Assembly: GCA_016187485.1 (NCBI GenBank)
Contig: JACPJO010000003.1
Coordinates: 25,587 to 89,586 of the forward strand
Reading direction: 5' to 3'
Source: Candidatus Uhrbacteria bacterium
Lineage (GTDB): Bacteria > Patescibacteriota > Patescibacteriia > UBA9934 > UBA10169
DNA length: 64,000 nucleotides
Below the pieces are notes generated by a model that worked only from the letters and a program-made list of their open reading frames with translations, was not told where the DNA came from and did not search any database. Shown here one piece after another: positions 27,894 through 38,118 of the stretch (position 1 is the first letter of the stretch; each line of letters begins with the position of its first letter). Both the position numbers and the translations under genes were made by a program.

Positions 27894-29057
27894 ATGTCAT
27901 CAGCAACCAAGGTACTGTTGAGTTTCATCCTTGGGGTCATTGTGGGCTGGGCAGGCTTCGCGGCCTACGGCAACAATGCAGCTCCATTGGACGAGGAGGG
28001 TGGGGAGGAACGGGCGGATATCGAGGCTTCCGAGCCGATTACGCTCGGCTTTATTGGCCCTCTCACTGGGGATGCGGCGTCGCTGGGGCTCGCCTCGCGC
28101 GCGGCCGTAGAGCTGGCGGTGGAGGACGTCAACCAGGACGGAGGAGTGAACGGACACCGCTTGGAGGTCATTTATGAAGACGGTCAATGCAACCCAACCG
28201 CGGGGACCAACGCGGCGGCGAAGCTCATGAACGTGGACAAGGTACCACTCATCATCGGTGGCTTGTGCTCCAGCGAGACGTCGGCCTTTGGCCCGGCAGC
28301 CATGCAGAACAAGACGGTAGTACTTTCGTACTGCTCGTCCGCGCCGTCTCTGTCGGATCTCGGAAAGTATTTCTTCCGCGACTATCCGTCTGACTTGGGA
28401 CAAGGAAAGGTGGCGGCAGAGTATGCCTTCGAAAAACTCAAAGCCCAGAACGTTGCTGTTTTGTTCCACGACACAGCGTGGGGAACAGGACTTCGGGACG
28501 TGTTCAAGGGGCGCTTTGAAGAACTTGGCGGAAAAATCGTAAGCGTGGACGGAGCGCCGCAAGATTCGCGTGACTACCGCACTGTGCTCACCAAGATTAA
28601 GAACTCCGCGCCTGATGTCATTTACTTTGCCGGCTATCCGGAGGGCAGCATCGCGGCCTTGAAGCAAGCGAACGAGCTTGGGATTACTACACAGTTCCTC
28701 GGCGGGGATGCATGGGACGACCCGAAGCTGCACACAGAAGTGAGCGGAAAGGGATCCTATCGCTATGTCGTGCCTGTGGCGAACTTCCCTGAAGATTTCA
28801 AGAGTCGGTTGCTTGGAAAGACGGGCGGCGAGCAAGTGCCGATCTGCGCCCCGCAGGCTTATGATGCGGTGAAAGTTGCCACGGAAGTGCTGAAGGCCGT
28901 TGGTACGGATCCAGATAAGATTGAGCAAGCAATGCGCAAAGTGAATTACTACGGCGTCTCCGGCCAGATTGCTTTCGACGAAAAAGGAGATTTGACGAGC
29001 GGCTCGTATGCGATCCGCGAAGTGAGGGGGGGAAGTTCCGTCGAGGTAAGCGAATAG
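27894..29057 (+). CDS. livK: Branched-chain amino acid ABC transporter substrate-binding protein
   Basis: GFIGPLTGDAASLG, GGVNG..L...EDGQCNP, IIGGLCS, AYDAV. Confidence 0.85.
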   Translation: MSSATKVLLSFILGVIVGWAGFAAYGNNAAPLDEEGGEERADIEASEPITLGFIGPLTGDAASLGLASRAAVELAVEDVNQDGGVNGHRLEVIYEDGQCNPTAGTNAAAKLMNVDKVPLIIGGLCSSETSAFGPAAMQNKTVVLSYCSSAPSLSDLGKYFFRDYPSDLGQGKVAAEYAFEKLKAQNVAVLFHDTAWGTGLRDVFKGRFEELGGKIVSVDGAPQDSRDYRTVLTKIKNSAPDVIYFAGYPEGSIAALKQANELGITTQFLGGDAWDDPKLHTEVSGKGSYRYVVPVANFPEDFKSRLLGKTGGEQVPICAPQAYDAVKVATEVLKAVGTDPDKIEQAMRKVNYYGVSGQIAFDEKGDLTSGSYAIREVRGGSSVEVSE

Positions 29058-29120
29058 GGAAAAACAAAACAGCCCACAGGGCTGTTTTGTTATTGGGCGC
29101 GTTTTGTTATGATTTCGCCC

Positions 29121-29984
29121 ATGGCTGTCTTTTTCCAACTCCTTGCAAACGGTCTTGTGGCCGCCGCGCTTTATGGCATTTCCGCCATTGGGTTTGGACT
29201 CGTCATCCGTACGGGGAAGTTTTTCAATTTGGCTCATGGAGCCTTTGCGGTCATCGGTGCCTACACGGCGTTTGCGTTCGTCCGTCTCGGTTTGCCGTTT
29301 GGGTGGACGGTACTCCTTTCGCTTACCGCCGCCGTTATCTCTGGCGCGCTGAGTTATGCGCTTGTTATTTTACCTTTGCGGCGCCGGTCGGCTTCTTCGC
29401 TTGTCCTTCTTATCGCTACGCTTGGCGTTTTCACGTTTGTTCCCCCGATGCTTGCCATCGCCTTTGGCAGTGAATACTATTTGCTCCACATCCCGCTGTT
29501 CTTTTCCCGCGTCGTCTCTCTTGCCGGTGCGGCTGTCACTCTGTGGCAGATCACCTTCATGTTGATTTTCGTGCTCCTTATTGTTGGGACCGCGCTTTTT
29601 CTTCGCTATACGGCCTTTGGAAAAGCTGTGCGCGCCGTAAGCGACGATGAAGAGGTTTCAAAGATCATCGGCATTAACACAGATCGTGTCGTTTTCGTGG
29701 TCATTCTTTTCGCGGCTTTTACCGCGGGACTCGCTGGTCTTTTCAAGGCGGGCGACCTGGGACTTGAGCCCACCATGGGGTTCACTCTCTTGCTTGAGAC
29801 TCTCATTGTGGCCGTGGTGGGCGGGATGTACCGGCTTGGGGGAACCGTCATGGGAGCGCTTGTCCTCGGACTCGCGGAAAGTTTTGGTGTGTGGTTTGTG
29901 CCGAACGAATGGAAAGAGGCGATCTCGTTTGGGATTTTGATTCTCTTTTTACTGATCCGGCCGCAGGGGATTCTCTCACGTTGA
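29121..29984 (+). CDS. livH: Branched-chain amino acid ABC permease
   Basis: QLLANGL, NLAHG, FGKAVRAVSD, LIRPQG. Confidence 0.9.
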   Translation: MAVFFQLLANGLVAAALYGISAIGFGLVIRTGKFFNLAHGAFAVIGAYTAFAFVRLGLPFGWTVLLSLTAAVISGALSYALVILPLRRRSASSLVLLIATLGVFTFVPPMLAIAFGSEYYLLHIPLFFSRVVSLAGAAVTLWQITFMLIFVLLIVGTALFLRYTAFGKAVRAVSDDEEVSKIIGINTDRVVFVVILFAAFTAGLAGLFKAGDLGLEPTMGFTLLLETLIVAVVGGMYRLGGTVMGALVLGLAESFGVWFVPNEWKEAISFGILILFLLIRPQGILSR

Positions 29985-29985
29985 T

Positions 29986-30831
29986 ATGGAGTACGCACTT
30001 CATCTTTTCATATTTTCTGGCATCTCCGTCATTTTGGCACTTGCGCTCAACGCGGTGGTTGGGTTTAACGGTTTCCTCTCGCTTGCCTCACCGGCCTTTT
30101 ACGGTATCGGGGCCTATGCCGCGGCTATTTTTCTGAAGGACTATCACATCCCGTTTTTCTTTGCGCTTCTTCTTGCGATGATCGTCACGGCCGTACCCGC
30201 TGCGGGGATCGGACTTGTGCTCTCTCGCCTGAAGGAAGATTACTACATGCTCGCTTCGCTTGGATTTGCGTCTATTGCGCACCGGACGTTTGTGAACTGG
30301 CGATCCGTGACGAATGGATCGCTTGGATTTGCCGGCGTGCCGCGCGTTGGCGACATCGGTGAAGTAGCCTTGTGGACGCTTGGAGCGATCGTGGTGGTGT
30401 GGGGACTTCTTCATCTGCTTATGCGTTCGTCGTTTGGGAGAATCTTGCGCGCCATTCGGGAGGATGAACTTGTGACGGCGACTTTTGGCATCAAGACGGC
30501 CTACTTCAAATTAGCGATCTTCGTTATCTCTGCCATGTTTATGGCCCTCGGTGGCGCTATCTACGCCACGTATCTTACCTATGTTGATCCGGCCGCTTTT
30601 CATCCCGCTGTGGCGATCCTCTTGTTGGCGATGGTCGTCGTGGGGGGGCTTGCCAGTCTTCCCGGCGCGGTGCTTGGCGCAGTAGTGCTGAATCTTCTGC
30701 CGGAGCTTCTGCGATTTTTCGGATTCCCTCCGTCCGTGATCGGACAAGTGCGTTTGGCGCTTTACGGACTCGTCCTCACGCTTCTTATGCTCTATCGCCC
30801 CCGAGGATTTATGGGTGCGTACAAGCTCTAG
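29986..30831 (+). CDS. livM: Branched-chain amino acid ABC permease
   Basis: ALALNAVVG, TNGSLG, FGRILRAIREDE, LYRPRG. Confidence 0.9.
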   Translation: MEYALHLFIFSGISVILALALNAVVGFNGFLSLASPAFYGIGAYAAAIFLKDYHIPFFFALLLAMIVTAVPAAGIGLVLSRLKEDYYMLASLGFASIAHRTFVNWRSVTNGSLGFAGVPRVGDIGEVALWTLGAIVVVWGLLHLLMRSSFGRILRAIREDELVTATFGIKTAYFKLAIFVISAMFMALGGAIYATYLTYVDPAAFHPAVAILLLAMVVVGGLASLPGAVLGAVVLNLLPELLRFFGFPPSVIGQVRLALYGLVLTLLMLYRPRGFMGAYKL

Positions 30832-30832
30832 T

Positions 30833-31564
30833 ATGTTTGCGATCGAAACAAAAAATCTCTCAAAACATTTCGGCGGCGTGTATGCAGTTGATCGTCTTTC
30901 GGTTTCAGTAGGGAAGGGGGCGATCACGAGTATTGTAGGGCCCAATGGGTCAGGGAAGACCACGCTCACGCACCTTCTTTCTGGGGTCTTGCCGTGGGAT
31001 GAAGGTACGGTGATCTTTGGTGGAAAAGAACTCAAGCGCTTGGCGCCCCACGCGGGGCGCGAACTCGGTGTGGCGCGTACCTTCCAGCACGTTCGCCTCT
31101 TTGAACAAATGAGCGTCTACGAAAATTTGACTCTTGTTTTGGCAAAACGCACCGTTCTTGCCTCTATCTTTGAGCAAAAGGGGAGTGGGCTGCAGGACAG
31201 AGCGAAAGAACTTCTTTTGCGCGTCGGTCTGTGGGAAAAACGCGATGCGCCAGCTGGAGAGCTTTCGTATGGGCAGCGCAAACTTTTGGAAGTGGCCCGC
31301 GTGCTTGGCGCACGAGCTCGCATTATTCTTTTCGATGAACCCTTTGCCGGACTCTTTCCCGGAATGGTCGAGATGCTCTGTGACGTTATGAGGGAGATGC
31401 GTGGGTCAGGGTGTTCTGTTGTGTTGATCGAACACAACATGAAAATCATCCGTGAGCTCTCCGACGAAGTTTTCGTGATGGATGCCGGAAAACTTCTTGC
31501 ATGCGGGAAACCGGCGGAGGTCCTTGCCCGCAAGGATGTACGCGAAGCGTATCTTGGCGTATGA
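30833..31564 (+). CDS. livG: Branched-chain amino acid ABC ATPase
   Basis: GPNGSGKTT, ARTFQ, LSYGQRK, DEP, IEHNM, VREAYLG. Confidence 0.9.
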   Translation: MFAIETKNLSKHFGGVYAVDRLSVSVGKGAITSIVGPNGSGKTTLTHLLSGVLPWDEGTVIFGGKELKRLAPHAGRELGVARTFQHVRLFEQMSVYENLTLVLAKRTVLASIFEQKGSGLQDRAKELLLRVGLWEKRDAPAGELSYGQRKLLEVARVLGARARIILFDEPFAGLFPGMVEMLCDVMREMRGSGCSVVLIEHNMKIIRELSDEVFVMDAGKLLACGKPAEVLARKDVREAYLGV

Positions 31565-32289
31565 ACGGATCTACTCTCCAATTGGAAAAAATCTCGGTGT
31601 ACTATGGGGGTGTGCGTGCGCTTCATGATGTCTCGCTTAAGGTGGATGAGGGGGAAACCGTGGCGCTTCTTGGACCAAACGGCGCGGGGAAATCCACGGT
31701 GCTCAAAGCTATGTTTGGCCTTGTGCAGATGTCCTCTGGCCGAATGCTCTGGCAGGGAAGCACCCTTCGGCCCATCCCACACGAGGTTGTGCACAAAGGG
31801 ATTGCGTTCGTGCCGCAGGGACGGCGGGTTTTCGCCCACCTCTCGGTAGAGGAGAATTTGGATATTGGGGCATGGATTGTGACGGACAAAACGGAGCGCG
31901 AGCGGCGGAGCGAGGAGGTCATGCAGACGTTTCCGGCTCTTCGTGCAAAACGGCGTGCCGTGGCGGGGACGCTTTCTGGCGGGCAGCAGCAGATGCTGGC
32001 GATTGCGCGCGGTCTTATGACCGACCCCAAAATTCTGCTGCTCGATGAACCGTCACTGGGGCTTGCGCCAAAAATTGTGCGCGAGGTGTTTGCGGCCATC
32101 GGGAGCATTCATGAGCGGCACAAGACGGCAGTGGTCATTGTGGAGCACAACATTCCTTCTTTGCTGCCGATCGTGGACCGTGCCTACGTGCTTGATCGCG
32201 GAGAAGTGGTGGCGCAGGGAAGTGGGAAAGAAATTTTAGAGGGGGATACGCTTACGCGTGTTTTGCTTGGAGAGCCTGTGCATGTGTAG
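31561..32289 (+). CDS. livF: Branched-chain amino acid ABC ATPase
   Basis: GPNGAGKST, VPQGRRVF, LSGGQQQMLAIAR, LDEPSLGLAP. Confidence 0.92.
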   Translation: MNGSTLQLEKISVYYGGVRALHDVSLKVDEGETVALLGPNGAGKSTVLKAMFGLVQMSSGRMLWQGSTLRPIPHEVVHKGIAFVPQGRRVFAHLSVEENLDIGAWIVTDKTERERRSEEVMQTFPALRAKRRAVAGTLSGGQQQMLAIARGLMTDPKILLLDEPSLGLAPKIVREVFAAIGSIHERHKTAVVIVEHNIPSLLPIVDRAYVLDRGEVVAQGSGKEILEGDTLTRVLLGEPVHV

Positions 32290-32304
32290 TAGAATGTGGG
32301 GCGT

Positions 32305-32775
32305 ATGGAGACGATTCTTTTGGAGTGGGAGGTGCCGGAGTATCAGCACTACGACCGTTCACGTCGGTGGTACGTGTGGTTTGGGATTGCCCTCGCCGTG
32401 CTGGTGGGGTACGCGATCTTCACCGCGAACTTCACTTTTGCCATCATTCTGGTCATGGGCGGCATCATCATGTTTTTGAGCACAGGGCGCGAGCCGGCCA
32501 AAGTGCCGTTTGCGGTAACGCCCGCCGGGTTTCTTATCGGCGAACATTTTCACCCCTATCATGAGTTCCGCAACTTTGCGATTCTCTACAACCCCCCGCA
32601 CGTCAAAAGTCTCTACCTCACATCGGATAAACGATTTCGCCCGGTGGTAACGATCTCGCTTCAGGACATGGATCCAAATACGGTGCGTGAGACGCTTATG
32701 GGGTATTTGCCCGAGGACTTAAACCGCACCGAGGAGACGCTGACAGAGATGGTCGCGAGAGTCGCAAAGTTGTAG
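32305..32775 (+). CDS. Conserved two-TM hypothetical protein
   Basis: W..PEY...RS..WY followed by two TM segments. Confidence 0.7.
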   Translation: METILLEWEVPEYQHYDRSRRWYVWFGIALAVLVGYAIFTANFTFAIILVMGGIIMFLSTGREPAKVPFAVTPAGFLIGEHFHPYHEFRNFAILYNPPHVKSLYLTSDKRFRPVVTISLQDMDPNTVRETLMGYLPEDLNRTEETLTEMVARVAKL

Positions 32776-32834
32776 GGGAGGCAGAGACTTCACAAAACAA
32801 AGGAACTTCTATAGAATAGCGGAGCGCTGCGTAT

Positions 32835-32911
32835 GCGCCCGTAGCTCAGCTGGATAGAGCGTCAGGTTGCGGACCTGAAGGCCGCACGTTCGAGTCGTGC
32901 CGGGCGCACCA
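32835..32911 (+). tRNA. tRNA-Arg(GCG)
   Basis: Anticodon arm TCAGG-TTGCGGA-CCTGA; CCA end; terminator hairpin directly downstream. Confidence 0.92.
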
Positions 32912-33044
32912 AAAGAACTCCTAGACAGGAGTTCTTTTGTTTGTGGTGATGACACCGAGTGTTGTCAGTTGTTAACACGGAAAATCGAAAGCCACCTGTA
33001 TTGGTGGCCTGAAAGAAAAGGGCGGTTGCTTCTTGTAGCGAATG

Positions 33045-33482
33045 CTACCACACTTGGGCGAGCTTCTTGGCGAGCAGGTGCCGCTTCGTCCAGCTCACGA
33101 GCCAGCCGAAGGTGAGGAGGGAGGTGATGCTCTGGCGGAGCTTCGCATCGTCACGCGGCTCGTAGCCATCGAGAGTTTCGAGTTGGACGTTCGGGAAATA
33201 GCGTTGCCACATCCATCCCATCGTCTCTGCTTCCTCGCCCATCTGCGCTGCCCGCGATGCCCACGACCAGTTGAGCAGCTTGCCAAGCTCATCCGTGTCG
33301 AGGGGGAAGCCGAACCTTTCCTCGATGCGCCACGAGATCTCGAGGAAGTCGATGGATTCGAGGGTGAGGTCAGCGAAGAGAGTGGCTTCCTCGACAACCT
33401 CGTGTTCCTCCAGACCGCGCGTCTCCACCAAGATGATGCGGAGCGTGTCGACAACCTCTGCGTGTGACGGAGTCTTGGACAC
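33045..33482 (-). CDS. Acyl-carrier-protein-like protein with C-terminal insertion
   Basis: LFADLTLESIDFLEI..RIEERFG phosphopantetheine-site pattern; GGAGG SD before GTG. Confidence 0.7.
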   Translation of the reverse strand: MSKTPSHAEVVDTLRIILVETRGLEEHEVVEEATLFADLTLESIDFLEISWRIEERFGFPLDTDELGKLLNWSWASRAAQMGEEAETMGWMWQRYFPNVQLETLDGYEPRDDAKLRQSITSLLTFGWLVSWTKRHLLAKKLAQVW

Positions 33483-33581
33483 AGGAACCTCCGAGAACGG
33501 GTGTGCCGGCATCCTAGCGGAATACGAGATTTTTGCCAATATGACCGTGACGGTCACCACGCGCATTGATATGATACCGGC

Positions 33582-35636
33582 ATGCCGACTCTCTACGACA
33601 AAATCACCACGCTTCGAGGTCTGGGGCCGGTGGCGGCGCGGGCACTTTTGCAGGCCGGTGTAAAAACCGTACGTGACCTTTTGTCCTATCTTCCGTATCG
33701 ATACGAAGACTTCTCGCAGCGTAAACGTGTTAATGCTCTATTGGCAGGAGACACTGTGACGGTTTTTGTTGAGGTAGTATCTGTCAGGGCTCGACCGTCG
33801 TTTAAGAGCCGCGTCATGGTAACCGAAGCCACTGTTCGTGACGAGACAGGAACGCTTACGGTCAAATGGTTCAACCAGCCGTTTCTCGCAAAGACGTTCA
33901 AGCCCGGCATGCGGTTGGCGCTTGCTGGCACGGTGGATGCGCGCAAGGGACTGGTGCTTGTGAATCCGCGCTACGAGCGTGTGGGCGAAGAAGCGCCACT
34001 TCATACCGGACGCATCATTCCTCTCTATCCGCGCTCAAGCTCGCTTGGGGAGAAGCGTTTGCGTTCTGCTCTTGCGCAAGTCATACCTCTTGCAGATCGT
34101 CTGGAGGATCCTCTGCCTGCACAGATTCTGGATGCCGAAGGATTGCTCCCGCTTGGGACAGCCATGCGCCACATCCACTTTCCTGAACGCATGAAGGACG
34201 TGGATGCTGCTGTGTCGCGTCTCAAATTCGACGAACTGTTTTTGCACCAACTCTTTTTTGCACGCGTGCGTGCTGCACGACAGGAGGGGAGCGCGTATCA
34301 AATTCCCGTAGACGAAGTTGCTCTGCGCGCCTTTGTGTCGCGTCTGCCGTTTACTCTCACAGCGGAACAGAAACGTGCGGCGTGGGAAGTTATCCAGGAT
34401 CTCTCGCATGAACACCCCATGAATCGTCTTTTGGAAGGAGATGTCGGTTCCGGCAAAACCGTTGTGGCGGCCATGGCGATATGCTCTGTGCTGGAAGCGG
34501 GAAAGGAGGCCGTGTATTTGGCGCCCACAGAGATCCTTGCGGAGCAGCAGTATAAGAATCTGCGCCGCTTTTTGCCTGACGCCGATGTGATACTTCTCAC
34601 ACGTTCTCGTTGCCTACTCCGTGACGAAAAGGTGAGTCGTCCACGCGTGGCGGAGATCTTTCATACTCGCGGGCCATTTGTCGTCGTCTCCACGCATGCG
34701 ATTTTAGAGGATGCGTGGGATACCCCTCTGCTCGCGCTTGTCGTGGTGGACGAACAACATCGTTTCGGGGTGCGTGATCGCCACCGACTTCTTGCGCGCT
34801 ACGATATCGCCCCCCACCTTCTTTCCATGACCGCCACGCCCATCCCGCGGTCGCTTGCCCTTACGGTGCATGGAGATTTGGACATCTCCCTTATAAAAGA
34901 ACTTCCGAAAGGACGTCGTCCCGTGATGACACGGCTCGTGACTGACAGAGACGAAGGGGTGATGATGCGAAAAGTGCGTGAAGAGATCGATGTGGGTCAT
35001 GTTGTGTACGTGGTCTGTCCGCTTATTGATCCCTCGGATAAGCTCGGTGTCGCCTCGGTGGCCGAGACGGCGAGTCGGCTCGCCGCGGGATCGCTTAGGG
35101 GCGTAAAAATCGGACAACTTCACGGAAGGATGAAGACGGAGGAGAAGGAGGAAGTGATGGAAGCATTTCGTTCAGGCCACACACCGGTGCTGGTGGCCAC
35201 GTCGGTTGTTGAGGTTGGTATGGACGTGCCGAGTGCCACCATAATGGTGGTCGAGGCCGCCGAACGTTTTGGACTGGCGCAACTTCACCAATTGCGCGGA
35301 CGTGTAGGTCGCAGCGATGCTTTATCGTATTGCTTTTTGCGCACGTCGGGGGCACAGAGTGCTGCCTCAAAAGAGCGGTTGGGCGCCATGGTGCGATGTC
35401 AAAACGGGTTTGAACTTGCCGAAATGGATTTGAAATTCCGCGGGCCCGGCAATTTATTTGGAGATGCACAGTCGGGACTGCCAGACTTTCAACTCGCCAC
35501 GCTGGCAGATGTGTCGATTATGAAAAGCGCGCGTGATTGGGCCACGCGCCTGCTTGCCGAGGATCCAGAACTCTTGGTATACCCTACTCTACGCGAGCAT
35601 CTTAACGATGCCCTCGCCGACATCCATCTCGAATAG
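33582..35636 (+). CDS. recG: ATP-dependent DNA helicase RecG
   Basis: MNRLLEGDVGSGKT, DEQHRFG, MTATPIPRSL, QLHQLRGRVGR. Confidence 0.97.
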   Translation: MPTLYDKITTLRGLGPVAARALLQAGVKTVRDLLSYLPYRYEDFSQRKRVNALLAGDTVTVFVEVVSVRARPSFKSRVMVTEATVRDETGTLTVKWFNQPFLAKTFKPGMRLALAGTVDARKGLVLVNPRYERVGEEAPLHTGRIIPLYPRSSSLGEKRLRSALAQVIPLADRLEDPLPAQILDAEGLLPLGTAMRHIHFPERMKDVDAAVSRLKFDELFLHQLFFARVRAARQEGSAYQIPVDEVALRAFVSRLPFTLTAEQKRAAWEVIQDLSHEHPMNRLLEGDVGSGKTVVAAMAICSVLEAGKEAVYLAPTEILAEQQYKNLRRFLPDADVILLTRSRCLLRDEKVSRPRVAEIFHTRGPFVVVSTHAILEDAWDTPLLALVVVDEQHRFGVRDRHRLLARYDIAPHLLSMTATPIPRSLALTVHGDLDISLIKELPKGRRPVMTRLVTDRDEGVMMRKVREEIDVGHVVYVVCPLIDPSDKLGVASVAETASRLAAGSLRGVKIGQLHGRMKTEEKEEVMEAFRSGHTPVLVATSVVEVGMDVPSATIMVVEAAERFGLAQLHQLRGRVGRSDALSYCFLRTSGAQSAASKERLGAMVRCQNGFELAEMDLKFRGPGNLFGDAQSGLPDFQLATLADVSIMKSARDWATRLLAEDPELLVYPTLREHLNDALADIHLE

Positions 35637-35656
35637 GTCGGTACCTGGTACCGCCG

Positions 35657-36880
35657 TCACTTCAGGCAATCGATGAGGATTCGGGCATGCTCTGGAGATA
35701 TGGCGCGGTCGAATCCCAAGCGTTTCGCCTCTTTTGTACGCCGATCGACACCGGGGACACGGCGGATCTCACCCGACAGTCCTACTTCACCAAACACGAC
35801 CGTCTTTTCGGCGGTGGGCTTATCCGAAAGCGCGCTTGCAATCGCCAAACATACGGCCAAATCTGCCGCAGGCTCTTGCAGGCGTAGGCCGCCCACCACG
35901 TTTACATATACGTCTTTGTCGGCGAGTTTGAGTCCAGCCCGCCGCGACAAAATGGCGCATAACATAAGGAGCCGGGAGACGAGTGCTTGTACTTCCACCA
36001 AAAACACACGCGACCCCTCAAGTGCCGCCGTGATGACAGATCCCGCAGCTGCAACGCGCTCCTCTAAAAAATAACTTGAGGGATTTGCTACCTCGACAAG
36101 TCCACCCTGCTGCATGTCAAACACGCCGACTTCGTCGGTGCTCCCAAAGCGATTTTTGCTTGCGCGCAAGATGCGTGACGACATGGCTGCTTCACCTTCT
36201 AGAACCAGAACTACATCAACCAAATGTTCCAGCGTCTTGGGACCTGCGGCTGCCCCGTCTTTCGTCACTTGGCCGATGAGGAGGATGCATGCTCCGGTAG
36301 TTTTGGCGGTCTGCACAAGAAGACTCGTTGCGTAACGCACGAGGGAGGCGCCACCCTCGGCCAAATCGGCAGCTGAGGACGTGAGGGTTTGGACGGAGTC
36401 TACAATGACAACACGCGGTCGGCTTTCGTTTATACTTGCACAGAGTGCCTCGACATCTGTTTCGCTTGAAAAAGAAAAATGCGACAGGCCGCAGTCGATC
36501 CTACCTAGCCGTGTGGCAAGTTGGTGAGCGGACTCTTCTCCCGATGCGTAGAGCGTGGGTTTCTCCGTTGTCCCCATGCGATTTCCCACAATAGCGGCAA
36601 GCGTAGATTTTCCGATTCCTGGCTCTCCGAACAACAATACAGCACTTCCCGTGACCAGTCCGCCGCCCAGCACGCGATCCCACTCCTCCATGCCGGAAGA
36701 TTGCCGTGCCGCCGCTCCTTGCTCGATTGTGAGAGGAGCGAAAATGGCCGGAGCTACATGTGAGAGCGCCCTCTTTCCGCTTACCCCCGCCTCCTCTACA
36801 AGCGTGCCCCACCCCTGGCAGGTAGGACACCGCCCGCTCCATTTCGGTTGTTGGCTGTCACATTTGGTGCAGGAGAACAT
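35657..36880 (-). CDS. radA: DNA repair protein RadA/Sms (with an apparent in-frame deletion)
   Basis: C4 zinc finger, GEPGIGKST, SGEES, DSVQT, KNRFG, GEVGLSGEIR. Confidence 0.92.
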   Translation of the reverse strand: MFSCTKCDSQQPKWSGRCPTCQGWGTLVEEAGVSGKRALSHVAPAIFAPLTIEQGAAARQSSGMEEWDRVLGGGLVTGSAVLLFGEPGIGKSTLAAIVGNRMGTTEKPTLYASGEESAHQLATRLGRIDCGLSHFSFSSETDVEALCASINESRPRVVIVDSVQTLTSSAADLAEGGASLVRYATSLLVQTAKTTGACILLIGQVTKDGAAAGPKTLEHLVDVVLVLEGEAAMSSRILRASKNRFGSTDEVGVFDMQQGGLVEVANPSSYFLEERVAAAGSVITAALEGSRVFLVEVQALVSRLLMLCAILSRRAGLKLADKDVYVNVVGGLRLQEPAADLAVCLAIASALSDKPTAEKTVVFGEVGLSGEIRRVPGVDRRTKEAKRLGFDRAISPEHARILIDCLK

Positions 36881-36915
36881 AGGTAGGCGAGAGAGAACGA
36901 GGCAACGTAACAACT

Positions 36916-38118
36916 CTAGTTCGTCGGACACTGCGAGGGATTATTTCCGGGACACGTCTTGATGGTCACCTTGCCGCCGGCGCTTACTGCCCTTGTGTAC
37001 GCAGTACTCCCTTCCCCTGTGTAGAGGTCAAGGCGGCGCCCCTTAATCCATGCCCCACCATCTTCGGCATACCACACAGCATTATTTGCCTCGCCAAGAG
37101 GGGAGTCGAAGATTTTAAACACGGTGCCTTTAGGCAGACAAGAACTTACCGCAGCCGTGTGGAACGCTTGGGGGAGGACGGCGGGTGGGCTGGTTTGGTT
37201 GCAGTAGGTGGTGCCTTCGGGGAACGGAACACAGGGCTGCCACTTTCCTCCGGCGGCGCTGCAGGAAGATTCAGGTTGTCTACCATTCGGACACGTACAC
37301 TGCATAGCGATGTTGCATTCAAAACTTTGATACGCCTGCTTCTCTCCGTAAGACGGTTTGTAATATCCTGTTGTGAAAAATGTTACGCCATTTCTCAACT
37401 CTTCCGTGCTCGGGCACCCCATTCCTTTGAATTCCTCTGCCGTGTCGGCCAACTCTGGGTGAGCGACGATACTTGCGGTGAAGTCTGCATCCGAACGCTC
37501 GATTACTTTAAAACTGATTGGCCGCGAGACGACGAGCTGCGGATTCACCGTGTAGAGGAGCAGATAACTGGCAAGGAGAATGACAAATCCCACGATGGCG
37601 TTTTTTATACGCTCCATGCCTTCCTTCGCGCCCTTGCCGGTGGCGCCGAGCATATACTGAATGCCGCCTACCATGATCATCACCACGGCGAAAACGGCAG
37701 CAATGCCGATGAGCCACCGGTAAATGCCGACGATGTATTGGCCAATGAAGTTCACGGAGACACTCCCGTTTTCAAAGACAGGCTTTGTGAACGAGAAGTT
37801 TGGAATGGGCACGGAAAGGCGCGGGACAATGGGGGATGGCTCGACAGCAGGGGGCGTGTCCTCTACGATTTCTGACCGTGCTTCGGAAGAAATAAAGGTG
37901 CCTCCGGCTTGCTGGACCCGTTCCATACACTGCGTCTGACAACGTTCGTTCAATGGTGTGGAACCGGTCTCGGGAATAAACGCCAAACGTGCAGCGGTGC
38001 TTTTTCCGGTCGGGTAGTAATTGCAGTGGCACGCTTCAACGGTTGTTGTTTCTGCCTGCCCAGACGAAGGAAGAAGTGTCCCAAGAATGAAGACAAGGAT
38101 AAGAGCACGCCGCATCAT
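36916..38118 (-). CDS. Pilin/VirB2-like two-TM module fused to a 3D domain
   Basis: YI..IY.W.IGIA...AV.MIM.GG.QY...G...IKNAI.G..ILL.SY.LLY.VNP; C-terminal AEDGGAWIKGRRLDLYTG. Confidence 0.75.
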   Translation of the reverse strand: MMRRALILVFILGTLLPSSGQAETTTVEACHCNYYPTGKSTAARLAFIPETGSTPLNERCQTQCMERVQQAGGTFISSEARSEIVEDTPPAVEPSPIVPRLSVPIPNFSFTKPVFENGSVSVNFIGQYIVGIYRWLIGIAAVFAVVMIMVGGIQYMLGATGKGAKEGMERIKNAIVGFVILLASYLLLYTVNPQLVVSRPISFKVIERSDADFTASIVAHPELADTAEEFKGMGCPSTEELRNGVTFFTTGYYKPSYGEKQAYQSFECNIAMQCTCPNGRQPESSCSAAGGKWQPCVPFPEGTTYCNQTSPPAVLPQAFHTAAVSSCLPKGTVFKIFDSPLGEANNAVWYAEDGGAWIKGRRLDLYTGEGSTAYTRAVSAGGKVTIKTCPGNNPSQCPTN

